Source: Auanema rhodensis (taxonomy: Eukaryota; Animalia; Nematoda). Taken from it: 64,000 bases of DNA. Numbering within the stretch: position 1 is the stretch's first letter; each line of letters begins with the position of its first letter. The notes beneath the pieces are model-generated. The model was not told the DNA's origin. It made no database searches and saw only the letters and a program-made list of their open reading frames with translations. Where the stretch lies: the NCBI GenBank assembly GCA_964057225.1, contig OZ059896.1, positions 17,546,001-17,610,000 of the forward strand. Reading direction: 5' to 3'. Of this stretch, positions 28,410 through 39,382 are shown in pieces. The translations under genes and the position numbers were made by a program.

Positions 28410-29463
28410 TGGTTGAAGCTCCTCAAACTAAGGGATGTGATAGCGCAAGACAAATGAACATTTCTGTTGCTCTAAATAAGTGGAGATGCACCAGAAAGGA
28501 CTGTAGAAAAGAAGTTTTGATTAAGAAAGGAACATATCTTCAAGGTTATAAAGTTAAAAACTAAATATTAATAGCATTAACATTTTAGGCTCAAAATTGT
28601 CGTACACAAAGTTCATTCTTTTCGTGTGTTGTTGGAGTAAAGAATACACCACCATTGAGTTTTGCCAAGATGAATTAGATATGAAATCTTGCCAGACCGC
28701 TGTTGATTACAACAATTATATGAGGGAAATTTGTGCATTCAGCATCTTGAAGCATCCCATGAAGATTGGAGGTCCAAATATGACTGTGGAAATTGATGAA
28801 ACGTTAGTTTCACGTAGGAAGTTCAATGTAGGAAGGGTAAGACCAGCTCAATGGGTTTTCGGGGGAGTATGTAGGGAAACAGAAGAGTGTTTTTCATATG
28901 CTGTTCCTGATAGCACTACAGAAACCTTGAACAGCTGCATTACTAACTGTATAGAGCCACAAACTACCATAGTTAGTGATTGCTGGAGAGCATATGGGGG
29001 AATTGATGATCTTATCCAACAGTATAGACATCTGACAGTTAACCACAGATACAACTTCACGGATCCAGAGACAGGAGCTAACACTAATATGATTGAAGGA
29101 CTTTGGAGCTTGGCTAAAGCGAAATTCAAGCGCATGTATGGGGTACGTCAAACAATGTTAGACGGATACCTATGTGAGTTTATGTGGCGTAGAAGAAATA
29201 GGAACTGGGACCTTTTCCAAAGTATATTACAAGATATTGCTGAATTTACTCCAGAAGAAATTTGAAAAATGTTAAATTGTATTAATGAAAGCTGTTAATG
29301 AATTAATAATAATAACTTTTGTGCTTATATTTACGTTTTTTTAGTTGTTATATATTCTGGAAACCTCCGTATCTCATATAGTTATAACATTTAACAAAAG
29401 TATGCACCAAACGGCAAAAGGGGCAGGGCTAAAATCGGGGGGTATAGATATGGAACAAGCGCC
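28410..29463 (+). mobile_element. Merlin/ISXO2-like element; catalytic exon open (28597-29265), 5' end lost
   Basis: VEIDET..IVSDCWRAY..NTNMIEGLW DDE triad, YLCEFMWRRR; intron about 28544-28589; terminus ...CAAGCGCC. Confidence 0.88.
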
Positions 29464-29976
29464 CAAAAACTTCCTTGGCGTTTAGATTAAACACCTTGAT
29501 TTTTTAAGAACTGTTCAAGTTTTTGGGTAATTTTTAGAAGTCTAAACGACCAAAAACTGATAGTACGACACGTGTGGTATATATAATTTACGACCGTTAG
29601 GCTTGCTGGGGAGAGGTTGTAAAAATAGGGGACGACGAAACGTCTCAGATCTTCAATTCCCTGCTGATGCAACTTTCTTTTGCTTTCAAGAACTCTGTGC
29701 TTTCTAAAAATGACTTTTTTATTTTTCAAGCTTTTTTCTAGCAAACAATGCTTTGTGGGAACCCTAGGATACCATTTCAGAAACTTGAAAGAAGAAAGTG
29801 GCGTTTTGATATGGAAATGATGAATTTATACATTTCATGGTGTTCAACATATCGTTTCCATAAAAGTTACTAATGAAAAAATCAAAAACATTCTTTTCTG
29901 GAAAATCCAAAATTCTATTGGCCGGGAAAAGATTGATTTCTCCAGCCTGAAACGAAAGTACTCTAAAAGTTTTGTA

Positions 29977-30047
29977 GCATCGGTGGTTCAGTGGTAGAAT
30001 GCTCGCCTGCCACGCGGGCGACCCGGGTTCGATTCCCGGCCGATGCA
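29977..30047 (+). tRNA. tRNA-Gly(GCC) copy 5
   Basis: Exact 71-mer, preceded by a full unit spacer and a 3' tRNA remnant at 29652-29671. Confidence 0.95.
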
Positions 30048-30533
30048 ACTTTATTTTGCTCTCAAGAACTCTGTGCTTGCTGCTGAACTACAGGAAACCT
30101 TTTCAGAAACTTCAACAAAGAAAGTTGCGTTTTGATATCCAATGATAATGAATTTATACATTTCATTGTGTTCAACATCTCGTTTTCAAAAAAGTTATTA
30201 GTTATATTTTCCTCAGAGTTACACAGAAAATCTTTCTAAGTCGAAAACAAGCATACAAATTTCAAAATATTTAGGCTCAGCTTCTTTATGGAAGTAATCA
30301 AGATTATTCTCATTTCAAGCGTTGGAAAGAAAAAGTCATCACTGCCTCGGAGAGCTCTTGTTTTTTATCCGACCATTGATGATTGCGCGCCGTATAGTTT
30401 ACGGGTGGAACTGTATCAATCAACAACAACAGTTCTGAGTTCTATTGTTATCACAATTTAGTGGCAATTGTCGCGATAAGCGAGTGAGTTTGTATAAATT
30501 TTATCTTCAACAATTGTTTTATTTGTCTTTCCT

Positions 30534-30577
<44 letters not shown>

Positions 30578-30828
30578 CTTCTTTCTTGTAACTTCCTAAG
30601 TAATTTTTATCCATACCACATGTTGTGTTATACATGTGGCATGACTAACTCTTTGTTTCAGGCTGACGACCGCCCACGAGAAGAGATCAGACTTACATTT
30701 TCAACGTTCGCAGTCAGTGATTTTATTCCGTGCTTGTCTTGTTAATTCATCAATAAACCCTTTTCTACATATTCAATTTGTGTTTTACTTCCAACCATAC
30801 TATACACTTGTGGTAGATCGCCACAAAT

Positions 30829-30883
30829 TGGTGCATCGGCTAGTTCAGATCTTAGCCGCTTCAAGTCCCGCGTGGCAGGTGAG
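30829..30883 (+). promoter_or_regulatory. Primer-binding site for tRNA-Gly(GCC) plus a second block complementary to the anticodon arm
   Basis: TGGTGCATCGGC complements GCCGAUGCA-CCA; CCCGCGTGGCAGGTGAG matches 16/17 of the complement of CUCGCCUGCCACGCGGG. Confidence 0.9.
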
Positions 30884-31103
30884 ATACAGCTCAAACCAAG
30901 CGTGTTTGAGCAAAAAACATACTTAATAGAAATCGTGGCAACCATTAGTCCACGTCAAGTCACACCAAAAAGACTTGAACCATAAGCAAACTCTGCAGAC
31001 AGAAACAGAGATTCACTATCACATATACTGTGATCACCAAACAAACAAAAAAAAAAGAGAAAGTAAAAGGAATATAAGCGTTATTCCTACATCTACGACA
31101 AAA

Positions 31104-34100
31104 ATGTCACTCCTTTTTGTCAATCATATCAAACAGTCTAACCAGTTTCTCGGAGAATTACTTACACGATACGAGATGGAAGTGAAGGACCTTCCTGGTA
31201 TTCTGGTAGATTGCGACTTCCACACTGAGGAAGAAGAGGAAACCCTCTCTTGCCTTATCATTCGCTGGACAAAAGTCCAACACCAATTCAAAGAATCGTT
31301 GAAAAATCATCAAGATAACGAGAAAAAATTCCAAAAATTTTACGAAGCATCAGACAAAACGCTTCGTAAAGCATTAGACGAACAGTACATCGCCTTCACA
31401 TCCGATGAAGACTTTGAACCCAACATTAAAAAGGTTCAAAACGCCATTATTGAGCTTGACGAACACATCATGAAAGCCGAACGCATACTTAGAAAGCTGA
31501 GAAAAACGCTTCATAAGAATGAATCTGAGCACAACAGCAATCGCTCAACAGAAAACAATGAAACAGAAAACAAATCGAATGATCAATTTCTGGAAATTAT
31601 CAAGTCATTCCTACACATCCAACAAACTAGTATCCAAAAACCAGCGATGTCGCTACCTACATTTGATGGCAAACCAGAGAACTTCAAATCATTCTGGGGC
31701 CGTTTTGATAGACTTGTTCATGATAATGAACAGTTTACAACCTTAGAAAAGGTAAACCTACTCTGTGAAAGCCTCAAAGGCGATTCACAAATAGCAATCA
31801 GAGGAATAGAACCCTCTGCTCAAAATTATGAGCTTATGCGTGAAGCATTAGTTTCTGAATTTGGAGACTATTCGTCGGATATCAACTCTCTTTTGACACA
31901 ACTACGTAATTTGAAATTTGCAAGCAATAATGCAAAAGCATGCAAAGAAACATTTGGAGAAACCAAGGCACTTATCAGGCAAATTGAAGCAGCCGGAGCT
32001 ACAGTATCCCGCGAAATGTGTACCGCGATGATTCTCAACAAATTCCCATACCACATCGTGGAAGACATTCTAATTCATCCAAACAACTACCATTCTACTA
32101 AAGAAATGCTGACAGCTGTAGACCACAAAATCTATTCCTTTTTTCTAAAAGAACAAACAAGAAATAGTCATGAACAAAAGTTTCGAAATCACAAAGACAA
32201 TGTCACATCTGTTTCACATAAAGACAGCACTGCAGAACAACGGAAAACCCAAACTTGGCCATGTGTCTTTTGCGACTCATCCGAGCATCGTTTTTATCAA
32301 TGCACCACATTTGAAACACCAGAGAAAAGAAGGTACCGCATTCGCGGAAAGGCCATCTGTTGGATTTGCTTTTCCGATAAACACAAAAGTTCGGAATGCA
32401 GAAAACAAAAATGTCGCAATTGCCAAGGAGATCATAATTCCGCCTTGTGCTCACAAGGAAGAAAAAGTGTACAAAATATCCAAAAAGATAAAGAAACTCC
32501 CACAATTAAAAAAGATCAGGCTTTACTGATCACCACAGAAGAATTATTGAATAAAAAAACAACAGAATATAAACAAGAATCTGACACTAATAATCGAATC
32601 CCTACTGAGGCACTTAATGCACCAGTATCGCTTAATCACATTGCTGACACACATAATATTGAAGAAAGTCAAGTAATATTACGAACAGCAATGGCGAACA
32701 TATACAACCACAATAGTAAAAAATATGAGCAAGTACGCATGCTCATAGATGAAGGATCCATGAGATCTTTTATATCCAAGGACCTATCTACAAGATTAGG
32801 ACTGCCCATTCTTGGTTCTCAGAAGAGAACCTTTTACGGCATTGGAGCATTATCAGAAACACATGAAGTTGAAGATGTTAAGGTAATTATTGGAACCTCA
32901 ACTGGATCCCTTATCGTAACAAAACTGTTCACAAAACCCATGTTAACCACACCTATACGGTGTCCTAAACTATCTAATGAAGACTTAAAATTCATACAAA
33001 GAAGAAAAATTAAATTAGCCAATCCAAAAACAAACGGAGAATCATTTACTCCGGATATACTGATAGGTATGGATAGATACAAACTATTCATGCACTTAAA
33101 CGAAGAAACCGAACTCCCCTCACGTATGAGATTGAAAAACTCGGTATTCGGCCACATGATACATGGGGAAGCTCCTCTTCCCGATGATAATACACAACAA
33201 GAAGTAATATTATGCTCTACATTAGAAGAGATAACAAAAGAAACCTCTCATAAAGAACTCCTCACTAATCTGTTTGAACTGGATTCTATCGGCATCAATA
33301 CAGAAAATGCCAACGCAGACCGCACTATTGATTACTATGAAGAATACTCAAAAGATATAAAAATTGAGAACAACCGTATTATTGCACCGTTCCCGTTAAA
33401 AAATAACTTCAAAAATCTCAAAAACAACAAAATGCCCGCGTACCATAGATTCGTATCCCTATGGCGAAAGTTACTGCACAATCCAGAAATGCTCTCACAC
33501 TATACTACAACCATTGAAAGTTACCTCAAAGATAACATTGTTGAACAAATTCCCAACAATCACCAGGAGCCTTTAGAGTTTTATATGCCCCACCATGGGG
33601 TTTGGAAGCCCAGCAAGGCTAACCCTCTCAGAATCGTTTTTGACGCCTCCGCTAAACAGAAGGATAGCCCATCGTTGAATGAGATAATACACACAGGACG
33701 ATCATTTATCACATATATACACGACATCATGATCTCCTGCAGAACAAGACCAATAATAATAACATGCGATATTAAAGCCGCATTTCTACAAGTACAATTG
33801 ACAGAAAATCACAAGAATTTATGCAAATTCTTTTGGATAAAAAACAAAGAATACCCAATATCACACAATAATATCATAACCCTTCGATTCAACAGATTAC
33901 CATTCGGTATCACTGCATCCCCCAGCGTATTGAACATGGGCATAAAATGGTTCTTAGAATCAAAAGTAGACAACCCATTAGCTATGGAAATCCTGCACAA
34001 CTTATACGTCGACAATATCATTCTTACAGCAAATACAACCGAAGAAGCTATAAAAAAATGTAAAGAAACCCAAACACTATTCTCAGAAATAAACATGCAT

Positions 34101-37100
34101 GTTCGCGAATTCTTGTCAAACGATGAACAAGTAATACAGAACCTTCCTGAAGAAGACAGATATCCGAACATGACAACCAAAATACTTGGCATATCTTTTA
34201 ATAAAGAACACGACTCCTTCATTATCCCAATAAAAATAACAACGACTCACACAAGTTACACCAAGAGAATTCTACTCAGTCAGTTACATTCAATATTTGA
34301 TCCCATTGGATTATCAGCACCAATACTGTTACTCCTCAAACTTATCTTGCGAGAAATCATTAGCACAAAATTATCATGGGACCAACCCATTGACTCAAAC
34401 AGTATCAAGCAATGGGAACAACATATTACTCAGATTAACAATAAGCAATTAACCATGAACAGATATTTTAAGTTTTCTGAACATGAAACACAGTTATGGG
34501 TCTTCGCTGACGCAAGCAACCAAGCAATGGCCGCTTGTTCATATTTCCAAACAAATGGGAAGATTAGTTCTCTGCTAAACGGGAAATCACGCATAGCACC
34601 CAAAAATAAAACTACAATTCCACGATTAGAGTTACTAGCCATTCGTTTAGCTGTACGAATGGCATTATCTATCGTCACCATATGTCCGAAAATAGCGAAA
34701 GTTAACATTGTGAGCGATAGCAACATCGCACTATCATGGATTGTCTCACAAAAATCTCTCCCACTGTTCATTAATAATCAAACAAATACTATAAAGAAAC
34801 AGCTCAAGCAAATCGAACAAATATGTTGCAATATAGAACTATATCACGTACAAACCTCGTTCAACACAGCAGACATCGGATCTCGAGGTGCAGACATGGA
34901 AAAACTACAAGTTTCCGACTGGATTGAAGGCCCACATTGGTTAACTAAACTTTCCGTGCATAACCCTCTGACATCACTCGGCTCACCTAACAACTCGAGC
35001 AGGAATAACGCAGAATTAAAATCGGAGCATCACAATGTTGTCCACATAATCATAGACAATCCTCCAACCCATGATATTTGGAACATTCGTGAAAACTATG
35101 ATGACGTGATCAAAACAATGACAACCGTAGGGAAATTATTCAAGAAATGGTTTTTCACAGTCCATCCTAACGACGCCAACAAGTTGCAAAAAATAAAACA
35201 TCTCACATCAACAGACACGCACACTGTTGAAGACATCAACATTATTGAAAAAATTTTGATCAGTAACAGTCAATCTAATATGAGCCTTGATGACTTACAG
35301 CAAAGACATATAAATCTAAAATTCTTCAAAGATACATGGGATATTTATCGCGTAAGAAGCCGTTTACAAAATACTCTTCTTCCCGAAGAGACGAAAAACC
35401 CTATATTCCTTCTTAAAACAAACCCCATAGTTAAAAAACTGATCAACAAAATACACAAAGACAATAATCATCAAGGCAAACATTTCACGCTTATTCAACT
35501 CAGACAAAAGTTCTATATACCAAAAATAACCGGAGTCATTAAGCAAACATTGAAAAACTGTGTGACATGTAAAAGATTTCAATCACACCCTTATGAATTA
35601 CCAGATATGCCATCGCTACCAAAAGATAGAACGATTCTTACAAGAGCATTCTTTTCAACAGGGTGTGATCTTATGGGCCCCTTCACCCTTCGAAATGGGT
35701 CTAAAGTCCATATCTGTCTGTTTACATGCATGACAACTAGAGCAATTCACTTAGAGGTAGTCACCAATCAATCCACAGTTGCTTTTATGAATGCATTCAC
35801 TAGATTTATATCACGCAGAGGTACTCCAGAAATTATGCGTAGTGACTGCGCAGGAAACTTTATATTGAGCTCAAAAATATTAGAAACCCTTGAAAAAACA
35901 TCGGATTACAACGAAAGAAGCTTACTAAACACACTAGCACAACAAAAAATTAAATGGATATACAACACTCCATTATCACCCTGGAAAGGTGGATGTTGGG
36001 AACGTTTAGTAGGTGTAACCAAAGCTTCACTCAAAAAATGTTTCATCCCTAGTCGAATGTCCCTGGATGACTTACACACAGCCATTGTAAAAATAGAAGC
36101 TATAATTAATACACGCCCACTCACCCATCCACACCCAGATAATTTAGATACTCTACCCATAAGGCCAATTGACTTTTTAACATCAGCCATAAAGTTTTCA
36201 TTACCTGAAAACAACGCGGATACTCATATATTTGATATCCATAGCGATATTCAAACGATTCAATCAACAGAGCAAGCGCTAGAAGCGCTTCAATTATCAG
36301 AAGACTCAGCATCTAAATTTTGGAAACGATTTCAAGAAGAATATCTAACAAGCTTAAAAGATATATTTAAGCATAAACACCATAGAAAGAATCACACAAA
36401 CAACTTCCCCCAACCAGATGAAATAGTATTGATACAAAACGACATGTTGCCACGAGGAACATGGAAACTAGGTCGCATCATTGAAACAATCACTAGTTCA
36501 GATGGCAACATACGTTCAGCAAAAGTTGCAACAAGCAACGGAAACATAATTATTCGATCCATCAATCAGCTCTATCCACTAGAGATAAGATGCAACACTA
36601 ACAGCAACAAAATCATAGAAGACAACTCACACATAGTTCAAGAAAATAATAGCTCAACAGATAGAACCCCACATACTGATATTGTATTAGACAATATACT
36701 TTTCGATCATCCTATAGAACATACAGATCAAACAATACATGAGAATAAAGACATAAATGATGTTAGCCATAATTACGATATTGCATATGACTCAGATAAC
36801 TCTCAACATGATAATACATACACTCCAGAAACAGAGAATAATGAGGATGCAACAAATGATCGACCTCAAAATAAGACAAAACAATCATCAGTAAAAACAG
36901 CAAAACATACAGAACAAGATGATGTCACTGAGAAGGAAATTATAAAAGCCTTCCCACTAAAAATGTCCTATGCTACACACCAAAGAAAAAATAAAATAAA
37001 CCCAAAAGTAGCAGCTGACATAATGAAAGCGCTTTCCTTACCGATTATAATTACTTCGACATATGCCGAAGAAATCAATAGTTGCAAGGACTCTAACATG

Positions 37101-39035
37101 TTCACCACAAAACTTATAGCGAATCCTCATTGCTCCCCAGAAATGGCAACATGGACAGTGCTAATAACCATTATGGCAGTTACCCTCATAGTCTCTTGTC
37201 TATGCCGCATGGGCTACAGCCAATATAGATATAAGACATGGTCCAAAAACACTCAAACCATGCTCAACATCATGAAATTAAAACATAAAACAATCTCCGA
37301 ACAAGAAGATCATGAAACTGATCAAAAAATAACAGAAGACCACAATGATACGTTGCAATTAAAACAAACGAACACACAAGACGCTAATATTGTGGATCAT
37401 GAAACCTTTCAAAAGCATATTTACCCTATTTTAAACCATACGAGAAAGCCACCAAAATTCTCTCTCTTTACTAGAGGGTCGCAAACATCTTTACCATCGT
37501 TACTGGCAATCATCTTGGCTTTATGTATTGGAAGCTGCAGTTCATGTTCCGATGTTCATGTTCAACACTTCGTTAACATACGATGCGATGACAACTTAGC
37601 TTGTTATCACGAATACAGTCAAGATATCATATTTTCTCCCGGAACAAAACAATTATGCATTACCATAACGCATTCTAATCATGAAATTGGTCAATTTAAA
37701 ATAACTAAACTATATACTGAACATGTCTGCCAAAAGAATACTAGATACTTCACTAGACAGACAACCGTCAACATATTGAGCATATTACGATGCCGTCACC
37801 GGGGCTCGTGTGACGGAACATGTGAAACTAACTCGCTCCATAATAAAATCGAGGAACTACAACCATATACGTTCCCTTCACAATCAGGTTGCTTCACATC
37901 GTCAGCGAGATTTTACACATGTCCTATGATTTGGACAGATCCTTGTCTTTTCTACAAAATAGAGCATATACCCGTCACTGAGGAAGTATACGAAGTCTAT
38001 ACTTGTGATAGTTGGTCCACCCAAACCGTATTTAATATAGAAACAACATTACTCCAGCAGAAAAATAATTACAATATCACTCTACAACCTCACACGAAAA
38101 ATCGTGAACAACTTTTCAATATAACAACGTTATCACAATCACAACCTCCTCCAGAAATGTACACAAAATTATTTTTTTCCTCCAAAGAAAACACGTACAT
38201 TACGGATATACACACAAAGGGAATAATTCAATGTGCAACAGAGGAAGCCGCATTAAAACATTTTAATAACTGTACAGTATCCTCATTCTGCCCTTGCACA
38301 TTCAATAGATTTGATGAAATAAAATGTAGGTGTGATACCCCTACTTTTGAAAAAATGTCCAATACATCAGACATAAAATCTCCTAACCAAAACTTTAAAA
38401 CTAAAGATAACACGTTATCATTCTCTACGAATTTAGACGAAAATTTAGTTACGGTCGATTCATCCCTATTCTTAAACTCAGTGATTTTCTCCAACAATTT
38501 GCCTTGCGCACCTGCCCTGACAAAACTATCAGGTTGCTACTCCTGCGGGCAGGGTGCATTCGCAGAATTCCAATGCCTTACGGCAGAAGAAACATGGATT
38601 TCTATCGAATGTCAAAAAGAAGTATTCATGATAAAATGCTCTCCAAAAGTAGCAATCACAAAAGTAACAATGAAAAGAGAAAATTCTCAGATTGATGAAT
38701 TATGCTATACCACATGCGACAATAAAAAAATTAAGATCATTATTAAAGGAATATTACATCACATAGCAAGCATAGATGAAATAAACGAAAGTGACTCAAG
38801 TAAGGGTACAGAATCCAAATCCATTGACTTCGCTCCAATCTTCAAGTTAATTTTATCAAAGTTGGGAATCATATTGATAGGCGTTGCAATAACCGCCACC
38901 ATAGGATATGTGGCATGTACACCCATCATGTACTGTGTAGTTTTGAATACAGTCTTAACCACACAATGGATAGCTACCAGGATATTCACACTGTGGATAA
39001 AATCAAAAGCCTTATTTCGGGATCAAAGATTTTAA
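31104..39035 (+). CDS. 2643-aa Gag-PR-RT-RNaseH-IN-Env polyprotein
   Basis: LPTFDG (Pao Gag), three CCHC knuckles, LIDEGS protease, DIKAAF/LPFG/YVDN RT, FADAS/RLELLA RNase H, HHCC plus DLMGP/SDCA/WERLV integrase, Cys-rich Gc-like env (LRCRHRGSC, CLFYK, LSGCYSCGQGA) with TM; first ATG at 31104. Confidence 0.95.
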   Translation: MSLLFVNHIKQSNQFLGELLTRYEMEVKDLPGILVDCDFHTEEEEETLSCLIIRWTKVQHQFKESLKNHQDNEKKFQKFYEASDKTLRKALDEQYIAFTSDEDFEPNIKKVQNAIIELDEHIMKAERILRKLRKTLHKNESEHNSNRSTENNETENKSNDQFLEIIKSFLHIQQTSIQKPAMSLPTFDGKPENFKSFWGRFDRLVHDNEQFTTLEKVNLLCESLKGDSQIAIRGIEPSAQNYELMREALVSEFGDYSSDINSLLTQLRNLKFASNNAKACKETFGETKALIRQIEAAGATVSREMCTAMILNKFPYHIVEDILIHPNNYHSTKEMLTAVDHKIYSFFLKEQTRNSHEQKFRNHKDNVTSVSHKDSTAEQRKTQTWPCVFCDSSEHRFYQCTTFETPEKRRYRIRGKAICWICFSDKHKSSECRKQKCRNCQGDHNSALCSQGRKSVQNIQKDKETPTIKKDQALLITTEELLNKKTTEYKQESDTNNRIPTEALNAPVSLNHIADTHNIEESQVILRTAMANIYNHNSKKYEQVRMLIDEGSMRSFISKDLSTRLGLPILGSQKRTFYGIGALSETHEVEDVKVIIGTSTGSLIVTKLFTKPMLTTPIRCPKLSNEDLKFIQRRKIKLANPKTNGESFTPDILIGMDRYKLFMHLNEETELPSRMRLKNSVFGHMIHGEAPLPDDNTQQEVILCSTLEEITKETSHKELLTNLFELDSIGINTENANADRTIDYYEEYSKDIKIENNRIIAPFPLKNNFKNLKNNKMPAYHRFVSLWRKLLHNPEMLSHYTTTIESYLKDNIVEQIPNNHQEPLEFYMPHHGVWKPSKANPLRIVFDASAKQKDSPSLNEIIHTGRSFITYIHDIMISCRTRPIIITCDIKAAFLQVQLTENHKNLCKFFWIKNKEYPISHNNIITLRFNRLPFGITASPSVLNMGIKWFLESKVDNPLAMEILHNLYVDNIILTANTTEEAIKKCKETQTLFSEINMHVREFLSNDEQVIQNLPEEDRYPNMTTKILGISFNKEHDSFIIPIKITTTHTSYTKRILLSQLHSIFDPIGLSAPILLLLKLILREIISTKLSWDQPIDSNSIKQWEQHITQINNKQLTMNRYFKFSEHETQLWVFADASNQAMAACSYFQTNGKISSLLNGKSRIAPKNKTTIPRLELLAIRLAVRMALSIVTICPKIAKVNIVSDSNIALSWIVSQKSLPLFINNQTNTIKKQLKQIEQICCNIELYHVQTSFNTADIGSRGADMEKLQVSDWIEGPHWLTKLSVHNPLTSLGSPNNSSRNNAELKSEHHNVVHIIIDNPPTHDIWNIRENYDDVIKTMTTVGKLFKKWFFTVHPNDANKLQKIKHLTSTDTHTVEDINIIEKILISNSQSNMSLDDLQQRHINLKFFKDTWDIYRVRSRLQNTLLPEETKNPIFLLKTNPIVKKLINKIHKDNNHQGKHFTLIQLRQKFYIPKITGVIKQTLKNCVTCKRFQSHPYELPDMPSLPKDRTILTRAFFSTGCDLMGPFTLRNGSKVHICLFTCMTTRAIHLEVVTNQSTVAFMNAFTRFISRRGTPEIMRSDCAGNFILSSKILETLEKTSDYNERSLLNTLAQQKIKWIYNTPLSPWKGGCWERLVGVTKASLKKCFIPSRMSLDDLHTAIVKIEAIINTRPLTHPHPDNLDTLPIRPIDFLTSAIKFSLPENNADTHIFDIHSDIQTIQSTEQALEALQLSEDSASKFWKRFQEEYLTSLKDIFKHKHHRKNHTNNFPQPDEIVLIQNDMLPRGTWKLGRIIETITSSDGNIRSAKVATSNGNIIIRSINQLYPLEIRCNTNSNKIIEDNSHIVQENNSSTDRTPHTDIVLDNILFDHPIEHTDQTIHENKDINDVSHNYDIAYDSDNSQHDNTYTPETENNEDATNDRPQNKTKQSSVKTAKHTEQDDVTEKEIIKAFPLKMSYATHQRKNKINPKVAADIMKALSLPIIITSTYAEEINSCKDSNMFTTKLIANPHCSPEMATWTVLITIMAVTLIVSCLCRMGYSQYRYKTWSKNTQTMLNIMKLKHKTISEQEDHETDQKITEDHNDTLQLKQTNTQDANIVDHETFQKHIYPILNHTRKPPKFSLFTRGSQTSLPSLLAIILALCIGSCSSCSDVHVQHFVNIRCDDNLACYHEYSQDIIFSPGTKQLCITITHSNHEIGQFKITKLYTEHVCQKNTRYFTRQTTVNILSILRCRHRGSCDGTCETNSLHNKIEELQPYTFPSQSGCFTSSARFYTCPMIWTDPCLFYKIEHIPVTEEVYEVYTCDSWSTQTVFNIETTLLQQKNNYNITLQPHTKNREQLFNITTLSQSQPPPEMYTKLFFSSKENTYITDIHTKGIIQCATEEAALKHFNNCTVSSFCPCTFNRFDEIKCRCDTPTFEKMSNTSDIKSPNQNFKTKDNTLSFSTNLDENLVTVDSSLFLNSVIFSNNLPCAPALTKLSGCYSCGQGAFAEFQCLTAEETWISIECQKEVFMIKCSPKVAITKVTMKRENSQIDELCYTTCDNKKIKIIIKGILHHIASIDEINESDSSKGTESKSIDFAPIFKLILSKLGIILIGVAITATIGYVACTPIMYCVVLNTVLTTQWIATRIFTLWIKSKALFRDQRF

Positions 39036-39382
39036 AAGCATAAGAGAAGAATTTCTTGTGGAGATTAAATTTAAAATTAAAAATTGAAATAATAATGAAA
39101 CAAAAGAAAAAGAAAGCATTATGTACGAATATAACCATTGTAATAAAACAATATCATTGTTTTTCTTTCTTTTCAATTTATGGTAGTATCAAGTTTCTTT
39201 TATCCAACTCAGTTACATAACACATAACCTTTTGTACAGGCTCTAAAATTCATTGTATCTGTAACAAGATAACCTAAACACACCATTGTACAATAAACTA
39301 ATAGATGTTAATCAGCGTTTAAAGTCCAGATGTGAACATGTATATAAGGATGCAGCTCATGTTTCTCCTATATTCCATGAAA

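Noticed and set aside
28597-29265. Bacterial IS1595 insertion or contamination
   Set aside because: Copies contain a spliceosomal intron and host-like composition; they fit eukaryotic Merlin elements
30975-31103. TTG-initiated N-terminal extension of the polyprotein
   Set aside because: Non-ATG start from the ORF caller; the first ATG in good context (AAAATG) is at 31104
31519-38989. Short overlapping or antisense ORFs inside the polyprotein and the other transposases
   Set aside because: Shadow frames with no motifs or independent support
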